A DNA stretch of 64,000 bases from Fidelibacterota bacterium (lineage in GTDB: Bacteria > Fidelibacterota > UBA2242), in contig JBNGDF010000009.1 of assembly GCA_049975265.1 (NCBI GenBank), forward strand, positions 1 to 64,000, written 5' to 3'. Both the position numbers and the translations under genes were made by a program. Below the pieces are notes generated by a model. That model searched no databases and was not told where the DNA came from. It worked only from the letters and a program-made list of their open reading frames with translations. Below are positions 58,637 through 64,000 of the stretch, in pieces; the stretch's first letter is position 1; the number at the start of each line of letters is the position of its first letter.

Positions 58637-59988
58637 TAAATCAGCGTGAGCAGTGGGGCTCGAAACTGGGTTTTGTACTTGCGGCTGCCGGGTCGGCGGT
58701 GGGTTTGGGCAATATCTGGAAATTTCCCTATCTGGTCGGCGAAAACGGAGGTGCGGCGTTTATTCTGTTATATCTGATTTGTGTATTACTGGTGGGGCTG
58801 CCGGTCGTCATCGCAGAAATTCTGATCGGTCGCACCGCGCAACGCAATCCGGTCGGCAGTTTCAGGGAGCTCAGCCACGGGAATCCCTTCTGGATGGCAG
58901 TTGGCGGACTGGGGGTTCTGACCGGCTTTCTGATTTTGTCCTATTACAATGTGATCGCCGGCTGGAGTCTGGGATATGTGGTGGAATCCTGCAAAGGCAG
59001 CTTCCGGCAGATCGGGGATCCGGCGCTTGCCGGGGAACTGTTCAGCAGCCTGTCATCAAAACCGCATTGGACACTGCTGTTTCACGCTGTTTTTATGATG
59101 ATCACCATTGCGATTATTTATTCGGGTGTGACGAAAGGGATTGAACGAGCCAGTAAGATTATGATGCCGGTGCTGGTGATCCTGATCCTGATTCTGGTGA
59201 TCAGAGGAATTACCCTGGAGGGTGCCGGTGCCGGAATACATTATCTTTTGAGAGTGGATTTTTCGGTGATTACCGGAAGGACTTTTTTCCTGGCGCTCGG
59301 TCAGGCATTTTTCTCGCTTAGTCTGGGAATGGGTGCGTTACTGACGTATGGCAGCTATATGTCGAAAAAAGAGAGCATCCCCGGCAGTGCAATCAATATT
59401 GTCGTTCTGGACACGGTAATTGCTTTGCTGGCGGGTTTCATGATTTTTCCGGCGGTGTTTGCCATGGGTATGCATCCGGCGCAGGGTCCATCGTTGATTT
59501 TTAACATTTTGCCGGTTGTATTCAATTCGATTCCCGCGGGCTATTTTTTCCGCATTGTGTTTTTCCTGCTATTGACAGTGGCGGCACTGACGTCAACCAT
59601 TTCGCTGCTGGAGGTGATCACCACCTTTGTCGTAGATGAATTTCATCTCCCGCGCAAGAAGGCGGCTATCGTTCTTGGAATCGTGGTATTTATCATCGGT
59701 GTACCGAGTGCAATGTCCTTTTGCGGCTGGCAGAATGTGCGTCTGTTTGGATTGACCTGTTTCGATTTTGTTGATTTTATTTCTGCGAATATATTCTTAC
59801 CTTTAGGCGGAATTTTTATTGCGTTATTTGTCGGTTGGTTCTGGAATACGGAGAAAGCGGTCGGGCATTTACTCGAAGGTACCGCTAAACGGTCTTCCTT
59901 TCTGATATCGACCTGGATATTTTTGATTCGTTTCGTAACACCGGTGTTGATTTTGTTGATTTTCCTGAGCAGTATCGGAATTTTATGA
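58633..59988 (+). CDS. Sodium-dependent transporter, NSS (LeuT-like) family
   Basis: REQWGSKLG, AGSAVGLGNIWKFPY, GQAFFSLSLG, AALTS. Confidence 0.95.
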   Translation: MINQREQWGSKLGFVLAAAGSAVGLGNIWKFPYLVGENGGAAFILLYLICVLLVGLPVVIAEILIGRTAQRNPVGSFRELSHGNPFWMAVGGLGVLTGFLILSYYNVIAGWSLGYVVESCKGSFRQIGDPALAGELFSSLSSKPHWTLLFHAVFMMITIAIIYSGVTKGIERASKIMMPVLVILILILVIRGITLEGAGAGIHYLLRVDFSVITGRTFFLALGQAFFSLSLGMGALLTYGSYMSKKESIPGSAINIVVLDTVIALLAGFMIFPAVFAMGMHPAQGPSLIFNILPVVFNSIPAGYFFRIVFFLLLTVAALTSTISLLEVITTFVVDEFHLPRKKAAIVLGIVVFIIGVPSAMSFCGWQNVRLFGLTCFDFVDFISANIFLPLGGIFIALFVGWFWNTEKAVGHLLEGTAKRSSFLISTWIFLIRFVTPVLILLIFLSSIGIL

Positions 59989-60335
59989 TAAGAAGAGTGT
60001 TGATAATTCTCATTATCCTGACAATTGGCAGCGCACCGATGTACAGTCAGAGAGGCGAATACGACCTGTGCGATTCCTGGTTTGGCAGGGATAAATTAAA
60101 GCATTTAAGTAGTTCGTTTGTCCTGACCACAACCGGATACTACATTCAGACGCGGATGGTTGATTTTTCAGAAACGCAGTCACTCGGTCGCGCCGGTCTG
60201 GTTACGGTTTCTCTGGGACTGGGCAAGGAGCTCCGGGATCGGAGAAAACCCAAAGGGCTGTTCAGCTACCGGGACCTTTTGGCAGATGTAGCGGGTGCCG
60301 GTTTGGCAATTCTTTTTATCAAGGTGATTCAATGA
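59985..60335 (+). CDS. YfiM/DUF2279-like small exported/membrane protein
   Basis: DKLKH, GKELRD, FSYRDLLAD. Confidence 0.65.
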   Translation: MIRRVLIILIILTIGSAPMYSQRGEYDLCDSWFGRDKLKHLSSSFVLTTTGYYIQTRMVDFSETQSLGRAGLVTVSLGLGKELRDRRKPKGLFSYRDLLADVAGAGLAILFIKVIQ

Positions 60336-61390
60336 GCCGGGAATTTCATGAATACCGCGGTTGCATTCATGTCCACTCGATCTATTCGGACGGGGGTGGG
60401 ACCATTCCGGAGATTATCAATGCCGCCCAAGGCGCAAAACTGGATTATTTGATGATCTCGGATCACATGACTCTGCGGGCGCGGGATGAGAATTATTTCG
60501 GCTGGTACGACAACCTGTTTGTGACGGTAGGATATGAGATTAACGATCAGGATGATCAGCATCACTATTTAGCCTTTGGGCTGGATAAAATGCTGCCGCC
60601 GGAATACACTCACGAGCAATATATCCAGGCGGTCAAAGCAAAAGGTGCCCTCGGCATCGCCGCCCATCCTTTCGAGGAACGTGATATGAGTAAGTCGGTG
60701 GTGGGATTTCCGCCGATTCCCTGGGGTAATCTGGATTACCCGGAAATCGAAGTCATTGAAATTTGGAATATGATGTCACACTGGCTGGAACTGACCACCG
60801 GCTGGAATAAATACTGGAATGTTCTTCATCCGCGCAGTTTTTCCACCTTTCCTTCACGCCGCCTGCTCAGTTGGTGGGATAAGGCGAATCTGGAGCGCAA
60901 AGTCGTTGGCGTCGGGTCTGTTGACGTGCATGCCATTAAGGTGAAACTGTTGAAAATTTATACGAAAGCCATCTTTGATTACAAAATCATGTTCAAATCG
61001 CTGCGTACGCACCTGCTCTGCGATACTGAATTAAGCAAAGAGGATACTCCTTCCATAACGGAGAAGTCCATTTTTGATGTTATTCAATCCGGGCGTACGT
61101 TCGTATCTAATTTCCGCTGGGGCGACGCCACCGGTTTTCGCTTTTGGGCGGAGGATGGGCGTCAGCATCTGCAGATGGGAGAATCGGGCGTATTGACCAA
61201 GCCGGTTATCCGGGCGGTATTGCCAAAGAAGGGTCACTGTCGTCTGATTCGAAATGGCGAAGTCATCCAGAAAGGTAAAGCAAGGGAAATCGAAATCCCG
61301 GTGAAACCCGGTATCTACCGCCTGGAGGTATTGAGCGGGAAACGGGGTTGGATTTATTCGAATCATGTCAAAATAATGGAACCAGAGTAA
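60332..61390 (+). CDS. PHP-domain metallohydrolase
   Basis: IHVHSIYSDG, SDH, AHP, DVH. Confidence 0.8.
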   Translation: MSREFHEYRGCIHVHSIYSDGGGTIPEIINAAQGAKLDYLMISDHMTLRARDENYFGWYDNLFVTVGYEINDQDDQHHYLAFGLDKMLPPEYTHEQYIQAVKAKGALGIAAHPFEERDMSKSVVGFPPIPWGNLDYPEIEVIEIWNMMSHWLELTTGWNKYWNVLHPRSFSTFPSRRLLSWWDKANLERKVVGVGSVDVHAIKVKLLKIYTKAIFDYKIMFKSLRTHLLCDTELSKEDTPSITEKSIFDVIQSGRTFVSNFRWGDATGFRFWAEDGRQHLQMGESGVLTKPVIRAVLPKKGHCRLIRNGEVIQKGKAREIEIPVKPGIYRLEVLSGKRGWIYSNHVKIMEPE

Positions 61391-61391
61391 A

Positions 61392-62741
61392 ATGTGTGGA
61401 GTAGTCGGAGTATACGAAAACCGGGAAGCATCGACGCTGGCGTACCTGTGTCTCTATGCCCTGCAGCATAGGGGGCAGGAGGGAGTCGGCATCGCAACTT
61501 ATCAGGATTCAAAAGTGTTCATGGCGAAGGGGCGGGGACTGGTCTCGGAAGTATTTTCCAGCCGCAGCAAGCTGGAGAGCCTGTCCGGTAATTTCGCCGT
61601 GGGGCATAATCGCTATTCCACCTGCGGTGAAAAATCCCCGATTAATATCCAGCCGTTGACATTTAATTATAAAGGCAATCAGATCATTATCGCCCATAAC
61701 GGCAATCTGGTGAACCTAAATCCGATTCGCAAAGCACTGGAGGGAAAGGGGGCGCTTTTTCAAACCAGTTCCGATACGGAATATATCATACAGCTTTTTT
61801 CCCATTCCAAAGCCCCAACCATCGAGGAAAAGATGCTGGATGCACTCCGGCAGGTGGAAGGGGCATTTTCACTCGTTATCATGTACAATGATAAAATGAT
61901 TGTCGCCCGTGACTGGCACGGTTTCCGCCCCATGTGTATCGGTCGGTTAAAAGAAACCGTGATTGCCACTTCCGAAAGTTGTGCCCTCGATCTGGTGGGT
62001 GCCAAATATGAACGCGACGTTATTCCCGGAGAGATGATCGTATTTGACGGAAAAAGTGAGAAAAGCTATACCATTCACGAACCAAAACCGCGTCACTGTA
62101 TTTTTGAATATGTCTATTTTTCCCGTCCGGACAGCCAGATATTCGGCGAATATGTGGATAAAACCCGCCGTAAGATTGGTAAAATACTGGCGATGGAAAA
62201 ACCGGTCGAGAATGCCGATATCGTCATTTCGGTGCCCGATTCCAGTAATACCACGGCGCTTGGCTATGCCCAGCGTTCGTCGGCGCGTTTTGAGCTGGGA
62301 CTCATCCGCAATCATTACGTCGGGCGGACCTTTATACATCCGACTCAGGAGATGCGTGATTTCAGTGTAAAAATTAAATTTAATCCCATCGGTGGTGTTC
62401 TGAAGGATAAAAAAGTGGTAATTGTTGACGATTCCATTGTACGCGGAACCACCCTGAAAAAGCTGGTGCGGATGATCAAGGAGACGGAACCGGCGGAAAT
62501 TCATATCCGGATCGGGTCTCCGCCAGTCAAATTTCCCTGCTTTTATGGCATGGATTTTCCTTCCAAGGAGGAGCTGATCGCCAATCATAAAAGCGTGGCG
62601 GAAATCCGGGATTATCTTGAAGTGGACAGCCTCGAATACATATCCGTAAAGGGGCTGCTGGAAGCCACTTCGTTGCCCGATGATCACTTCTGCACCGCCT
62701 GCTTCACGGGAAAATACCTGGACGCCGACCGTAACTATTAA
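61392..62741 (+). CDS. purF: Amidophosphoribosyltransferase
   Basis: N-terminal MCG, QHRGQE, GHNRYST, VDDSIVRGTT, [4Fe-4S] Cys (CIFE, PCFYG, CTAC). Confidence 0.97.
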   Translation: MCGVVGVYENREASTLAYLCLYALQHRGQEGVGIATYQDSKVFMAKGRGLVSEVFSSRSKLESLSGNFAVGHNRYSTCGEKSPINIQPLTFNYKGNQIIIAHNGNLVNLNPIRKALEGKGALFQTSSDTEYIIQLFSHSKAPTIEEKMLDALRQVEGAFSLVIMYNDKMIVARDWHGFRPMCIGRLKETVIATSESCALDLVGAKYERDVIPGEMIVFDGKSEKSYTIHEPKPRHCIFEYVYFSRPDSQIFGEYVDKTRRKIGKILAMEKPVENADIVISVPDSSNTTALGYAQRSSARFELGLIRNHYVGRTFIHPTQEMRDFSVKIKFNPIGGVLKDKKVVIVDDSIVRGTTLKKLVRMIKETEPAEIHIRIGSPPVKFPCFYGMDFPSKEELIANHKSVAEIRDYLEVDSLEYISVKGLLEATSLPDDHFCTACFTGKYLDADRNY

Positions 62742-62750
62742 CCGGGAGAC

Positions 62751-63710
62751 ATGATGCTAACAATACCCGAAAAATATCTGAAACCACTGGACTATCTCTT
62801 TATATTGAGACCGACACTCTTTTTCCCGGTCTGGATCATCACCCTGGCAGGCTATTCAACTCATTTTACCTCCGGAGAGACCATCATCTGGTGGAACACG
62901 GCAATCAACTGGCGACTCTTCTTTAATTTTTGTATACTGACGCTGGTTGCCGGAGCGACGTTTATTTTTAATCAACTGCAGGACACCGAAAGCGACAGGG
63001 ACAATCGGAAGCTGTTTCTTATTTCAGAAGAACATATCCATCCCAGGACCGCCCGTATAATCGGGATTACTCTGGCGGCGATCGGATTGATTGTATTTTT
63101 AGTACAAAGTTTTCAACTCTTTATAGTGCTGGGTCTGTTTATATTGGTCTGGGGCTATCTGTACAACTATCCGCCCTTTACCTGGAAAGACCGGGCACTA
63201 CCGGGGATAGTCGCGAATCTGTTAGGTGGCATGTTGCTGTTTCTGATCGGCTGGCTGATGGCGGGCGATTTTTCGGTAGAGGTTTTTCTATGGATGATTC
63301 CATATACGTTGGCATGGGGTGCTGTAGCGCTTTTGACGACCATTCCGGATCAGGAGGGTGATGCCAAACACGATAAGAAAACCTTTGCAGTGAAATACGG
63401 TGAAAAGATAACAATCTGGCTGGCAACCATATGGGTTTTTCTGGCATTTGTCTTGGGAATGATCATTAACGATCCGATTATCACACATCCGACTCTGCTG
63501 GCACTGCCGCTGTTCATCATTACCTGTTTTAATTTAAAAAAGGAGTGGGTGCTGCGGACAATCCGCTTTCCGCTGCTGTTTATCGGTTTGATTCTCTGCG
63601 TCCAGTTCCCCTACTTTTTCATTGCAATTTTAATAAACTATTATCTGGCAAAGATTTACTATGTCAACCGTTTCGAACTGGATTATCCTACATTCAAAGT
63701 GGAGGAGTAG
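62751..63710 (+). CDS. UbiA-superfamily prenyltransferase
   Basis: Multi-TM; Asp-rich motifs NQLQDTESDRDN and DQEGD...KKTFAVKYG; YNYPP. Confidence 0.88.
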   Translation: MMLTIPEKYLKPLDYLFILRPTLFFPVWIITLAGYSTHFTSGETIIWWNTAINWRLFFNFCILTLVAGATFIFNQLQDTESDRDNRKLFLISEEHIHPRTARIIGITLAAIGLIVFLVQSFQLFIVLGLFILVWGYLYNYPPFTWKDRALPGIVANLLGGMLLFLIGWLMAGDFSVEVFLWMIPYTLAWGAVALLTTIPDQEGDAKHDKKTFAVKYGEKITIWLATIWVFLAFVLGMIINDPIITHPTLLALPLFIITCFNLKKEWVLRTIRFPLLFIGLILCVQFPYFFIAILINYYLAKIYYVNRFELDYPTFKVEE

Positions 63711-63713
63711 GGT

Positions 63714-63917
63714 GTGATTCTTGTCGATGTCAATGTGTGTGATCTATGCGGAACCTGTGTAGCGGTTTGTCCGGTGGACTGTATTGAATTGACGGAGTTT
63801 GATCTGCTGATCGACCATGAAAAATGCATCAATTGTAATGCCTGTGTCAAAATATGTCCATTTGCGGCGTTGCGAAATGCCGATGCAGAGGTAGTGCCGG
63901 ATGAAACAACATTATGA
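63714..63917 (+). CDS. 2x[4Fe-4S] ferredoxin
   Basis: CDLCGTCVAVCP and CINCNACVKICP. Confidence 0.92.
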   Translation: MILVDVNVCDLCGTCVAVCPVDCIELTEFDLLIDHEKCINCNACVKICPFAALRNADAEVVPDETTL

Positions 63918-64000
63918 CATTGCCATTGTCGGAGGGGGACCAGCCGGAAGCACCGCTGCCCGGTTTGCCGCCGGTCAGGGTGCGGCGGTGGTTCTTCTGG
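63901..64000 (+). CDS. FAD-dependent oxidoreductase, probably geranylgeranyl reductase family (runs off the window)
   Basis: Not in the ORF track; translates MKQHYDIAIVGGGPAGSTAARFAAGQGAAVVLL (Rossmann GxGxxG). Confidence 0.7.
   Translation, partial: MKQHYDIAIVGGGPAGSTAARFAAGQGAAVVLL

Noticed and set aside
1..64000. CRISPR arrays, cas genes, transposases, integrases, prophage genes
   Set aside because: No regularly spaced direct repeats and no ORF with such motifs was seen.

Overview
A gene-dense, mostly + strand, core-chromosome segment from a diderm, probably anaerobic bacterium. An FCB-superphylum origin (Marinimicrobia/KSB1/Calditrichota-like) is inferred from the T9SS-type C-terminal domain, the PorV/FadL-like barrels and gene order. 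Housekeeping genes: smpB, tyrS, trxA, nrnA-dcd-ispH-pdxS-pdxT-dxs, xth, gltX, glnS, tRNA-Leu(CAG), tRNA-Ala(CGC)-large SRP RNA-dnaX-ybaB-recR-pgsA-pgpA-cinA-thpR-recA-recX, alaS, gcvPB, ridA, purF. There is also an [FeFe]-hydrogenase maturation operon (TM1266-family regulator, hydE, hydG, unknown gene, hydF) with no hydrogenase gene in the window. No CRISPR array, transposase, integrase or phage gene was recognised. Best candidates for something undescribed: (1) a terminator/antiterminator/anti-antiterminator leader in front of the hydrogenase maturase operon that matches no riboswitch I recognise; (2) an intact alkaline-phosphatase-fold lipoprotein that has lost its nucleophile and two metal sites, coupled to an ABC-2 exporter; (3) a DUF1508-TM-LysM protein plus a free DUF1508 paralog; (4) a ~990-aa lipoprotein built from ~141-aa repeats, paired with a FadL/PorV-like barrel; (5) a cluster of a TolB_N-like protein, a lone receiver, a cytoplasmic binding-protein-PAS fusion and a FecR-beta-barrel fusion; (6) a UbiA-ferredoxin-geranylgeranyl-reductase cluster resembling archaeal ether-lipid genes. 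All family calls come from motifs read by eye; no database search or folding program was run.
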